Shown here piece by piece: positions 50,271-62,659 of a DNA stretch of 64,000 bases. The DNA comes from Antedon mediterranea (Eukaryota > Animalia > Echinodermata): positions 10,951,888-11,015,887 of the forward strand of contig NC_092676.1 in assembly GCF_964355755.1 (NCBI RefSeq), written 5' to 3'. How positions within the stretch are numbered: position 1 is the stretch's first letter; each line of letters starts with the position of its first letter. Below the pieces are notes generated by a model. That model searched no databases and was not told the DNA's origin. It saw nothing but the letters and a program-made list of their open reading frames with translations. The translations under genes were made by a program, and so were the position numbers.

Positions 50271-51033
50271 TGGGCCTGTTCGTAGGGGTTGAAAATACCA
50301 GCTTATTCCCGATTTCCGTTCGCGTGACCCAATTAACTTTTGCCTCAGGCTACAAAAAATTCGAGGCAAAATGTTCACCAAATTTGCAGGTTATTTCAGC
50401 GATAATCCAATTATACTCGGCCTTCGAGGATAATAAATCTCCGATAGAGGCGTTGTGTCAAATTTTGACCTTTGCATTTGTGAAATTTTCTAGAACACAA
50501 ACAGTCCACCAGTGGTCCGATCGGAATACAAACGTTCGCTGCCTTGGCCCGTCATTTCTCCTACGAAGCTCTTCCATACACGCTTCGAGAGCGATCTTTA
50601 GCTGGTGCTGTCCTTGCTTGTTGGTGTAGACCGCTTAGTAGGCCTAGCTGGTCGGTGGTGTTTCGTTTAACATTGGGCTCAAATTCTTCGTCAAGGAGTA
50701 AAATAATGGTCGTCAGGAGAAGGCATATTTCGGCAGGATTATCGGCGTTAAGAGGCATAAGGTTTGTCGCAAGGATAAGCAGTGTAAAAGGTAGCAAGTA
50801 ATTGTTATTGTAAAGAAAGATCGCGAGTAAAAAATATACAACACGAAACTAGCGTGCGAAAATGGGGTCGTAGGTTGTAAAGACAACTGACCTTAAAACG
50901 TAACTTCCGGTTTGTGATTCGTCGATTAAGCATTTAAGCGGTTAAATATTTCAAGTACGAACGACGCTCAATTTATAACCCGAGGCATGGGTGAAATTAA
51001 GCGCTTATTTTAACCACCGTACGAACACGACCC
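50271..51033 (-). mobile_element. Harbinger-like deleted element with transposase N-terminal remnant
   Basis: Imperfect TIRs GGGCCTGTTCGTAGGGGTTGAAAATA / TATTTTAACCACCGTACGAACACGACCC; minus-strand RSDHWWTVCVLENFT resembles the HARBI1-type N-terminus. Confidence 0.55.
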
Positions 51034-51396
51034 ATGTTTTCCTTATTAGATTTTTTAAATCTTTTAATCCTTTCTTTGTTGTTAAGCCCAAGTTTTAATT
51101 AGTTGTTTATCTTTTTGTTAGAACTTCCTTTGCTGTTTATGTCATTATGTCATAAACTATGTGATAATGCATGGGAGCTTTCTGTTTTTTCTATCCTTTG
51201 CTTTTTCCCCAGCAACATGGTTTGACCAATGGGATTAGCCTTGGTCAGGTGACAGGGCCAATATTAGGGTATGTTCCCATGTTTCATTCTCTTTTCCTGA
51301 TTATGCCATCTGAAGTGCTGGTCATTTCCAAGTGTTACAAATTAAAATATATGACTTTATTTAAAGCTTACTTACGTTTTACTGTACTACAGTATA

Positions 51397-51486
51397 GTTT
51401 ACATTACCGAACTAAGTTTTAAGTTCGCGTTGATTGGAAGTTTACATTACCGAACTAAGTTTTAAAGTTCGCGTTGGTTGGAAGTT
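51397..51486. repeat. 43-bp tandem duplication
   Basis: GTTTACATTACCGAACTAAGTTTTAAAGTTCGCGTTG(A/G)TTGGAA twice. Confidence 0.85.
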
Positions 51487-53124
51487 TGTGCTAGTTTGGC
51501 ATATTGCACTAAAAAAACTATATTTGATCGACTGTATTGTACATATTGGAGACTGTTCGTTTTATTTTGAATATTGGCTCTTTGTATAGGTGAGTGTTTG
51601 AACACCAATTTACTTTGTTCTATATTTAAAGTTCATTATTGTATAAGTATATTACTGTTGTTATTATTTACAGTTAATGCTGTTTTAATGGAAGTCATTA
51701 CAGTATAGTATATAACTTAACGTGACATTATTATTAATTATGTTTAAACCTATTTTTATAAATGGAATGTTTCCATGATTGGTCTGTTACTGTTAGGGTA
51801 AGCAGGCTCAAGATAGACCTATTACTGTATATCATATAGGCATTGTATAGATCAGCAAATTGTTATTTTCCTCTTTTACTTATTTATTGTTCTTTAAGAC
51901 AATGTTTTCATTTTCCTTTTTCATTATGTTATTTTTGAGACAACGATTGCCATTATGAAGTCGTTTTATGAGTATTGCCATGCAAGGCTGATAAAATGTA
52001 CTTATGGTACATTCAATGTTAAACTATTTTAGACAGTATACTGTATTATTATACTGTATTTTGGCTCTTTGTATAGGCTACCGAAGAACCACTGGTTCTC
52101 GGACACCGAAATTATCTGTATAGACTGCTATATAAATCAACTGTATTCATCTACCGTAAGGCGAAAAACGCAAGACTGACGTCAAGGTCGCCGTTGGAAG
52201 CGGTAGCTACCTTATCTTTAATAACCTTATCGGCGTTTTAGATAAGTCATACTTTCCGTTCTCTTTTGTTTTATTTTTATTTTATTCTAGTTTGGTCGAA
52301 TAAACCGTGTTTTGTTCCATTTAAATTTATGTTCTGATGTTTTTGTATTTGAGTTACGTTTGCAGTAAAATAGTCTGAACTTGCGTTGAACAGTACAAAA
52401 TCCTCCAAAGCAACGTAATTTGAGGCTGTTTTAATCAGAGTTAGGGTAACAAACTTTTTCGATTTGTTATGGTACATAAATAAAATTCTGCGTGCAAAAC
52501 ACATTGCATGAGGTTCGAAGCAATGACTGTGTGTAAATCCATTCTTTCAATTTTAAAAATGGCCTTTAAAGTTCAATATTCCTGCCTATATTTATTGGTT
52601 AAAAATTGTAGCATAGAAAATATACGCAAACGTAAAACGTACCCACAGGCCAAGAGGTATATCATTAATTGCAGAGGTGTAGGCTGGTTGCTGTCTGGGG
52701 GCGCGAAAATTACAAGTCCACAGAACCAGCCCGCCATGGTTGGGATGGAGCTAAGAAAATCTTGAAAAATAGAGTTGCTAGGTCCCCAGAAATTGGATTA
52801 TACTTCGAAATATGAAACAAAATACAAATTACAAGTCTACAGATTGGATGGATTTAAGAAAATTGTGAAAAATAGAGCTTCTAGGTCCCTGGAAATTGAA
52901 CTTATATAGGCCCCTATTAATAAATGAAACAAAATTGTAATTCAACAGGACCAGCCCGCCATGGTATATCACTGGTCTATTTATTCTATTCAATTCAATT
53001 ATTATACATACAAAATACATTCATAAAATTTAGCAGGAGGAAAAAAAAAATTTTTCAGCTAAATTGCACTATAGAAATAGAAAATGATTACAATAATTAA
53101 CACATTACAAATTTAACTCATTAA

Positions 53125-53330
53125 GTAACTGTACTAAAATATGATAAGGGACTAATATGGTTTGATGTCAAACCTCCGTTCCAAACCAGAGCAGCGTATT
53201 CTAACACCGTTCTAACATAACCTAAATACACTGACATAAGGTCGAGGGAAGAGACACCACAGCGTTTTAATGTCCTTAAAAAGTACAGTTTACTGTTTCC
53301 CTTCATTATCATAGACTCTACATGTTTAAG
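53125..53330 (-). mobile_element. LINE RT C-terminal fragment (CR1 group)
   Basis: KGNSKLYFLRTLKRCGV..YVRTVLEYAALVW. Confidence 0.8.
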
Positions 53331-53669
53331 TCAGACTGTAATACAACTTTGTTTAGACCAAGCTAAAAAATTATTAGCACAGATTGGAAGATTACACATT
53401 TGAAACGTCTACATAATAATAGATTTATATAGCTCAAATATACGATGCGCTGACAATAAAGAGAAAGAGTGGAAAACAAAAGGAAGATAACAAAAACACC
53501 AAGCTATAGCACCCAAACAAGAGTATGGGGATACACCATTGGATGACGGGACACTTATGTGGGACCAGCCCACCATGGTTGGAGTGGAGCTAAGAACATT
53601 TTGATAAATAGAGTTGCTAGGTCCTGCAAATTGGACTTATTATACTTCGAAACTTTTGATGGTTGTGGC

Positions 53670-54200
53670 GATTATTATTCTAAGTGATGTTTTATTGGGG
53701 AGGTGTTGGGCGTTTGTTCAAATAAATACCATCCTAATTGAAAATCCATCCATCTTTTGAAACTAACTTCCGCGACACAGTGGGCCGTTTTGGCCTAAGA
53801 AGGAAGACATTTTAAATGGTTTGCAACATGGGCAGAAGTATCTCAGGGTCCTAACGGTACACAGATAGTGCACAGTTAAATACAGTCCTGCCAGCTTACT
53901 CAACAACTTGGCTATAGGGTTTCAATCGATTTCAAACAAAAGGTCTTATCATCAGTTCTGCCGATGTAATTTTATATACTATTCCCCACAATATACTCTG
54001 ATGCTTTATGAATGAAATAATGATGAAGCCCTCCATATCTTCCTAAAAGAGAAATATGGAACAATATCGTAATAGTGAGAACTAATGTTATCAAATCTAC
54101 GTTTCGCAGTACATCTGAGATAGATAAGGTAGGCAGAGATCTTTCCCAAAGTTTTTCCATTGTGCTCGCCTATGTCAGAATTAAGCATAATTTATATATA
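53670..54200 (+). repeat. Diverged dispersed repeat, paralogous to 56950-57290 + 57670-57850
   Basis: Colinear shared blocks (CATCTTTTGAAACTAACT, GCAACATGGGCAGA, ATACTATTCCCCACAATATA, CTAATGTTATCAAATCTACGTTTCGC). Confidence 0.75.
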
Positions 54201-57200
54201 GATACTTTGAAAATATCAGGCCTAGAGGAAGCGTAGACCAAGGATAGCCTTCAGCGAAGCATCCTCATATTATTGTGTGCGGGTATATTCAGCGTCAACA
54301 ACCACAGACTGTACTGTACCGTATTTGGAAAACACCTCTATTCAGGGCAAATGTATAATATTTTTTTTTTTGCATTTAATTCTGTATTTCATAGGTTTTA
54401 TTTATTGTATGCCTCCTATCTGGTACTACTACATACTAGATAGGAACTCAAAGGCGTAGGGTGCGTGGTATTTCGTTGTTTTTTTTAACATTAAGCGCTA
54501 TAGACTCTGGGCCTAGCTAGTTAGGCTAAACAAAAATATTGGGCGTAACTGCTGTATTTGTCAATCATTGTTCCCCTTAATTCATCGATATTGTTTATAT
54601 CACATTACAATGCCTCTCATAGGATCGCGATCAAAAACAATGCAATTCGTGGATCGCGATCAAAACCAATACCTCATAAGCCATGTGTAGTCTCACATAG
54701 CCATGAAGCTGCAATGTGGGTTACGTTGCTGTAATTTTTTGTAGATACCATTCTGTTGACCAAACTTCATTTTTTACTGTAGGTAAGAGTATCTGAAACA
54801 TGTTTTAAGTGCCAAATATGTACTAATATTCTTGCTGTCTTGCTATTCTATATATAACCACGCAATAAACATAGCACGGTTTCATGAAAATGATGATGTA
54901 TGCATGGTCGGGGCATTTAATACACATTTAATACTATTCAAGTATCAAGTATACTTGATACTTGATACTTGAATAGTAAACCAATAACATAATTTAGAAC
55001 CGTATATATCATTGTACTAGTTGCATAAATTTATAACTAAGCCTGTCCTAAAGAGCATTTGTTTTACTTTTTCACACATCATTAATGCATAGCTGTTGCT
55101 AGACATTTGGAAAGTGATTTTGATGAGCATCATTTGTGATGCTATTCTATATTACTTTTAGTTTTTAAGTTTCTCTTAGTCGTGTTCTTAGTAGAAAAGT
55201 TTTTGGGAGTCGACTTCTTTGAAGTCATGTCTGTGTCAACAGTATCATGAAGGCAATTTCCGTACCCCTCTTTGGAACACTACTATTTAGGGGACACCCC
55301 TATTATAGAGGCACTTTTCCGCAAAACGAAAGGCAAGATATATTTTATAATACTACAGCCAACTCCTACTCAGGGACCCCTATTAAGGTGATAGAGACAC
55401 GTTTAAGTATGTAAAACGGTTGATTCAATCCCTATTAAGGGGAAAATTTTTTTTTTTAAACATCAAATGAGTTATTCTTTCACATCCAAAAATGGATATT
55501 ATAATAATTATGATAACCAGTAACCTGTGCTCCGCACTCTCTTTTTCTGCCTTTATGTGATTATATACTAATTTGCATGGGATGAATAAATATTATAAAA
55601 GCACACTCTTACCTGATAAAAGTACTCTGACAAATTATATAAAAAAAAAAAACAAATTGTCAAATTGTGAACTATTTATGTCCATTGATTTTTGTACACG
55701 AAGTATTCCTTTACTTTGAAATATCTGTAAAAGAAATGAAAGCAATACTGGATATGGGACTTTATGCTAAAGAAAAATTGTTATTTGTGAATATTAATCT
55801 AGGTTGCGCATCAGAAAGTGAGGGACATGCATGTTGAACTTCGTCAATCAGTCGGCAGTTTACATGAAATAATATGAATTGGTAATTTATAGAACTCAGA
55901 TGATAATAATAATGTGGAATAATAAAACTAAAGCTGCTTACGGACTTGAAATCAAGACGGTGGTGGTAGTAGAATTTAGATGATACACGCGGACACTAAC
56001 ATAAAACACCAAACTATATATATATTGGGTGTTTTTTGTGGTGTATCATTTGATATTTTGTTGAGCTTTGTTTTTAATTATGCTCAGAAATAGTGATGTG
56101 TATGCAATAAGTCACCTATAGATAGAATAAAAAAGTGGACATAAATCGAATGAAAAGTGCGGAAACACGACATAAACACATTGTTAATTGTTTTCCGTAA
56201 TTGTGGTGGTAAGTTGTTTTCATGTTCAACAATATATTAAACCATTTGGATTCTTTTTGTTTGTGTGTTTATTTTGATTCATTTACATTTTTTTAAATTT
56301 CAATGGTTTTGATCTTTTGCAAATTTTGTTGTGTGGTTGATTTGTTACTTTTATAATTAAATTGTGGTCTAGTTTTGATTTTTTTACTTGAAGCGGTGAT
56401 ACTTATTATTTACACATTTTGCGGATACGAAGTCGTATGTACTAAGCATTGATATCAATGGCCACGGCGTTTTACTCACCGAGCTATCCGTGATTGACAA
56501 CATTTATTACATTACATTTATTAGGAAGTGTAGACGATGGTTCTCGGAATGATAATGTTCTCCTTATACGTTTTCTGTCGGTTAACATTATTGAAAATGC
56601 TTGACATTCGTAAAACTAAACTACTTTGTTTCACAGTGTTTTAGATGATTAATAACATTTTAAAGTACAGTTTTTATTGTTTGGTAGGGCCCTTTGGGGA
56701 GGCGGAGGTCATTTGAGGGAGGTGCTTATTCGAGGGATATATGTTAAATTTTGTAGTTTTAATAATATGGTAACATTTATATTTAAATGAAATCCTCTAA
56801 TAGATATGAAAAGTGCTAAAAAAGAATAACAAATGCTTGGTAAATTGTAAATAACAGTGCGGTGAATTCTACTACAAATAGTATAATTGTGTTGTTATAA
56901 ATATGTGGATGGACGTTTATTAGATAGTTAGGTTGGGGGGGGGGGGGGGGGTTATTATTCAAAGTGATGTTTTATTGGAGAGGCGTTTATTCAAATGAAT
57001 ACCATCCTAATAATTATTAATACATTATTTAATTTAATCATCTTTTGAAACTAACTGCCGTGACAGAGTGGGCCCAAGAAAGAAGACATTACGGCTTGCA
57101 ACATGGGCAGACATCTCGGTCCTAACGGGACACAGGAAGATAGCGGGACGATAGCCTACAGTTATTCCTGCAAGCTTACTCAATAAAACTCAGCTATCGG

Positions 57201-59383
57201 GATTTCACTCGAAAAATGTCTTATCATCAAATCTCCCTATGTAATTTTATAATACTATTCCCCACAATATATTCTGATTCTTTATGGCGTATATTTAATT
57301 TGATCTTTATTAATTTGCAGTATAATTCCTATTATTTAACTACTGTACCTTCACACATGCGCGGTATGTTTTAAAATAAACAAAAAAACTGAAATGGCTA
57401 TGATTAATGGCCAAATATATCTGGTTTTTTTTTCATCTTCCAAAGGGACACTGTATTGATTGATGGAAAGTGCCTGTTTCCAGTCACCTTTAGGGTCAAA
57501 TCTATTATTTTAACTGCTCCCTTGTGTATAAAAGAGAGAAAATATTTGAAACCAGGTTGTTGCAAGGTGAACTTATCTTAAACACAGAAATTACTTTGAC
57601 CAGGAAGAATTGAAATTGAGATGAAAATCTAATGTTGAAATCATAAATTGTGTTAAAAAACTCTTTATAACATCTTCCTAAGATAGAAATATGGAACAAT
57701 AGCGTCGCTGTGAACACTAATGTTATCAAATCTACGTTTCGCGGTACATCTCAGATAGATAAGGTAGGTATCCAAGGCGGAGATTTGTACCGAAGTTTTT
57801 GCATTGTGCTCGCCTATGTCAGAATTAACCATAATTTATATATAGATTATGTTCAAAGGATAGGTGTAATTGATAAAAACTTCAATGACACAATCAGTCG
57901 ATATGGTTGGCCAGCTTCCGAGACTAGACACCATTTTAATTCGGCCATTGCGGTACACAACGGAGGAGGTTGCGTACGTGACGTACCAAGTCAAACGTCA
58001 AATTAATGTTATTTTTCCCTTTTTAGTGTTTGTCCTTTGCCAAGGAGCAATAGGTAAAGTCGTATAGTGTGAGGTTAAATACAGACGAGGCAAAGATGTT
58101 TTAAATATAATTATTATTATTATAAGATATGATGATCTATGCTGGGAAATCGGTGTGGGTGGTTAAAATTTAACATTTCAGACGAGGTGAGCGCCTCATG
58201 CTGGCTACAGCTCTGAATAGGCATGTCTGAACAGGCATGTCTGAACGATTTATCTACTCTTGATTGTTTTTTTAAATTAAGTTAATTAAATCAATCCATG
58301 TCATCAACCCAAAATTTGAGTATTCTGACAAACTTATTTAGCTTATAAAAGTCAATGGCAGTTTATAAACATTTCTATTCTTTAAATCCCCATTCCCTAT
58401 GTTTTTAGCTAATTTAAGGACACAAACTACATTTAATGTAAAAATAAATATTATATGGTCTTTAAATAGGTTAAAAATGTGAAAAATAGTCGATTCTAAT
58501 AATTTAAGCTATAAATTCCAACATGCATTTGTGCGGATTGATATTCTAATACCCAATTTGTATTAACAGATTCTGGCAAAAACAGAAAGACAATTAATGG
58601 GGACTTTTAGATTTTCATGTCGACTGCTAGTACCCTATTACAGTACAGCTATTAATTAGCTGTTGGTTACAGTATTTTAAATAAAGCTTTTAATAATACT
58701 GGTTATGGCCTGGGTCTTATCACTAGGATGCCAGCCTTTGTTTAGAAAATTAAGTGTCTCGGCTAGGCCTTAAGCTACACACTTAGCCTGGCCTAAGCCT
58801 CTGTACTTCCACCGACCCAGCGGTGGAATACTACCACGAATGAGAGCTACTATAGAGATTACAAGGTCAGATCCTAAGGTCATTACGTCAACGACCCATG
58901 TGGACGTGACCGTCGTGTGCATGTTCACTTAATCTAAAAGTCGGGCTAGAAACCTATAGCTTGCATACGATGTTCGTATGTTATTGCTGTTTACCAGCTA
59001 GGCCTACAAAACTAAACCTAGCTAAGCTTGGCCTAAAGACCATCCACGAGAGGACATTCGACGTGAGCTACTTAGGTAGTGCATTGTTTTAATCATTTTA
59101 TCATAATTAATATATATGAATTGTTTTTACAAAACGGCAAAAATAATTTAATAATTTATAAACCTTGCTATTGTTTTAGTACTTATATTCACAATGCTTG
59201 CTAATTCTAAGAAAAAGTGAAACAATACATCATCAACATTATTATATTTGAAGAATGTTCTGATTATTATTTATTTTATTGACAATCAATATATGAATTG
59301 AGGAACAAATAGAGAGATTTGTTTTTTGTAATTACTGGTATATAAATTCAATTGAATAAAATGGTGTTACTTTTTAATTGCAG

Positions 59384-59646
59384 CTGAATCTAACCTTGAT
59401 GATTACAGTGTTTTTCGTGAGCACTACCATGCCCAACCCAAGATCAGTAAAGACCTCTTTACTTCAGCAACTCGACCACATTGTGTGAAGGATCTCCGAC
59501 TAATTACCAGCACAAACTTCACGGATATCTTGCGCAAGTGTCAGGAATATCAGGCTGATAAGTTACTAGTTAAGAGTGTTATGGAATCTCGGTGGGTCTC
59601 GGCCCAAGACCAAATAGAATCACAATATGAACTGGATGTCTGCAAG
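59384..59646 (+). CDS. NHS: NHS/NHS-like gene, coding exon 2
   Basis: Acceptor TTTTTAATTGCAG|; in phase 1 it reads (P)ESNLDDYSVFREHYHAQPKISKDLFTSATRPHCVKDLR..LDVCK with no stop, matching the NHS-family motif VSNLD..F.P.TRP.CV..L; donor AAG|GTAT at 59647. Confidence 0.9.
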
Positions 59647-61061
59647 GTATAATGAATTTTTTGTTTTGTTTTTTATTTTTAGTATTTAAAAACATTTTAA
59701 AAATAAAATTGTATTATAATTTACTCTTATTTCTGGACAGCAGAAACACAATTTTGAAAATTCAAATAGTGGTGATGGTGACCATTTTTTTGTACGTAAT
59801 AGCCAATCAGATACAAGCTTTTATTTGGGGTCAAATATGGTAGACTTTTGTCAATAAATAGAATTAGGAAACTAAAAACTGCAGTTAATATCTAAAAATC
59901 CAGATGAAAGAGCCGTTGCTCAGGACCTCTAGACTAGACCCATATATGATGCTTCATGGTGCTGGTGGAGTTGCAACTGTTTTATTTCCCTGAACATCAA
60001 GTTGGTAATTAGTTTGTGCGGATGAACATTTTGATTAATACATTATATTTTGTGTTGTGGGCGCAGTTTAACCGATCGCACAACCAATAAACAATACAAA
60101 CAATTTTTGGAAATACAAATTTAGCAGGAATACTATTTTTTCCAATAAATAATTATTCTATATGTTGCAGAAACAGGCATTCGTTAGAAAAACAAAATTG
60201 TATAATATTTTAGTTGTCTAGAAATAGGAAGCTAGTAAAAATCGTGATCGTTTCATTGATGTTAATGCTGATACATTCTTTAACTGGTTTGGCCCCTTTA
60301 CCTCAATTTATTATGTATAAGAATTTAATTATAATCATAAATAAGACTAAGAGAACATAAGCATTATTATACAATGTACTATGTAAATTGTGTGTATAGT
60401 TTCCATCCATTTATTACCTGTGTACAAGTCATAAAACGGTTGTTTATTACTGTACAGTGAGGCAATGCATCTTTAGTCAACATTTCTCGTCTTGGTTTGT
60501 TCTAAAGGCCAAATCTGATATCACATTGGCTTTTAATACAATGCAAGATATATCTAGTAAAAAGGCAAATAATTATGCATTGTAAATGCCCCAGAGACAT
60601 GAAGCTCATTGCTATCATACTGCCTTTCTTTTTACTAGTTTTTATATTTGACATTTCAAAGTGAAAGGTTAGAAAAATGTTGTATGTTGTGGTTCTAAGA
60701 TTCTTACAATAATAATAAATATACAAATAATACACAAAACATATTGCAAAAATTTAGAAATGAAATTTAAAATGAAAAATAATTGTGTTCTCTATGATTT
60801 ACTTAAATTTCTTTTTAAAATTTCTTTTTCTTTATTATCTTATTTTTATTTTTAATATTGTATTTATTTTTTTTAAAATTATATATTTCCTTTCACTTAC
60901 TTTCTATATATGTTTATGTGTAAAGTAAAACAGCCAAAAAAGTATATATAAACACATCAGGCACAGAACATGAATTCTAACCTGCCCACTGATATACATA
61001 TATAGTACATCACCACTACCACCATTGCATACACATTTTTCACGCTGCTGCTCTAGCCCGC

Positions 61062-61095
61062 TACGTCACAAGAGATGACGTAATCCGATATAAAG
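61062..61095 (+). promoter_or_regulatory. Candidate promoter module: inverted CRE-like pair plus TATA box
   Basis: TACGTCA (61062-61068), TGACGTA (61076-61082), TATAAAG (61089-61095); motif evidence only. Confidence 0.3.
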
Positions 61096-61301
61096 CAAGC
61101 AGCAGTTTTAGTACTGAGAGACTGACATTTTTGCGAAAATGGAAACTCCACTATAATTTATAGGTCCCAGCTGCTAGACCCACAAAAACGTCTGGGAAAA
61201 GAGTCTAACAGTTGAATGACAAATCCCAAAGCATTTCTGGTATTTATGAGTCCCATGATATTATATAATACTGTAAAGTCCATGAAAGTTTTTGTTTGTA
61301 C

Positions 61302-61327
61302 CATGGAACTATAATTATAGTTCCATG
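61302..61327. other. P-element-like footprint (perfect 26-bp palindrome) with 7-bp TSD
   Basis: TTTGTAC-CATGGAACTATAATTATAGTTCCATG-TTTGTAC. Confidence 0.85.
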
Positions 61328-62399
61328 TTTGTACTAAAGTGACAGAAATTGAGTCTGTATTTCATATCAAAGTTATTTACTTCTGTAACAAAAAAATTAT
61401 ATTTATTCACATATAAAAAGAGAAAAGAAACGTTTAATTATAACTCGAAAACTATTGTCTGACAGACAATTTAAGTATTTTTTGCTTTAAATTACATTTT
61501 TTCAAGTAAAATAACTATTATGTGACAATAAAATGACACATTCAAAAACAAATTTGAAATAAAAAATATTTTTCAGAGGGACAATATATCTTAAAACTGT
61601 TACGTCAATAAGCGAGCAGCGTTTTTTGTAAGAAATATTTCTTGTTTAAACTTAAAAGCTTTCACACAAAAATATCAAATAATATACCACCAAAAACACC
61701 CAAAATATGTAGTTTGGTATTTTATAAATAAATTATCATCTAATTTCGACTGCCACTTTAGTAATTGTTGTTAACACAACGATATATAATAAACAATTAC
61801 TAATATAATAGCTGTATAATTTATTTCCAAGTGAATAATATATTAGATCCAAATCGATGAACAATAGATAAGATTGCAATAAGCTAGAAATGATGTGACA
61901 GTATGCTGCTGCGTACGCTATATCTCGTGGAAACACTCCCACGTAATACCGTCATCATTTCTTTTCGTATCGACAAGACACAAAGATTTGAAGAGAAGAT
62001 TTCTCGAATTCTAAGGAATTCAGCCAAGTCAAGCTAGCCGAGGCTAAGTTGCTCTTTATTTATAAAGATACGTTGCAATTCGTTGTCTTTGTTTACTTGT
62101 AAACAAGGCAGAAATACCGATATATATATATCGTTTTAATTTGACTTGATACGTTGAAAACACGAGCCAGAAATATTTTTCTTCACCGGAAGTTCACCGG
62201 CAGATTGTGTAGGCAACAACAGAACCAGTCAGGCGTATCACCATAACAAAGACTAGTTACGCTGGGTTAGTAGGCTGCTAGACGGTATTTGTGTGTCTGT
62301 TAGACAGGTGTTTTGCCCGCCAATATGCCAAAACAAGAGTGCGTTCAGTGCAGGGGCCCGCGTTCAAGTGTGAAGTAGGATCGCCACATGCGATGCATT

Positions 62400-62659
62400 A
62401 ACTGCCGTACGTGTAACGTTTGTGCTGGACTCCAGAAAATGGCTACAGCATCGAATTCATGACCCCCCGGTGAGCGGGGGCGCTCAATCGACAAGAATAT
62501 CACCAGAGCCTTTAAAGAAATGTGCGCTCCTGGACGGCCTCACTTCTCTGATTCAGAAAGGAGCAGTAGAACCAGTCGACGAACGATGTGCCATATCGGG
62601 ACAGAAGTCGACCATCTTCCTCACAGAAAAAAAGACACGCGATTGGCGACCTATCTTAA
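62400..62659 (+). mobile_element. DIRS-like RT N-terminal fragment interrupted by the Kolobok-like element
   Basis: SLIQKGAVEPV..STIFLTEKKTRDWRPIL, cut at a TTAA within the RPILN motif. Confidence 0.75.
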
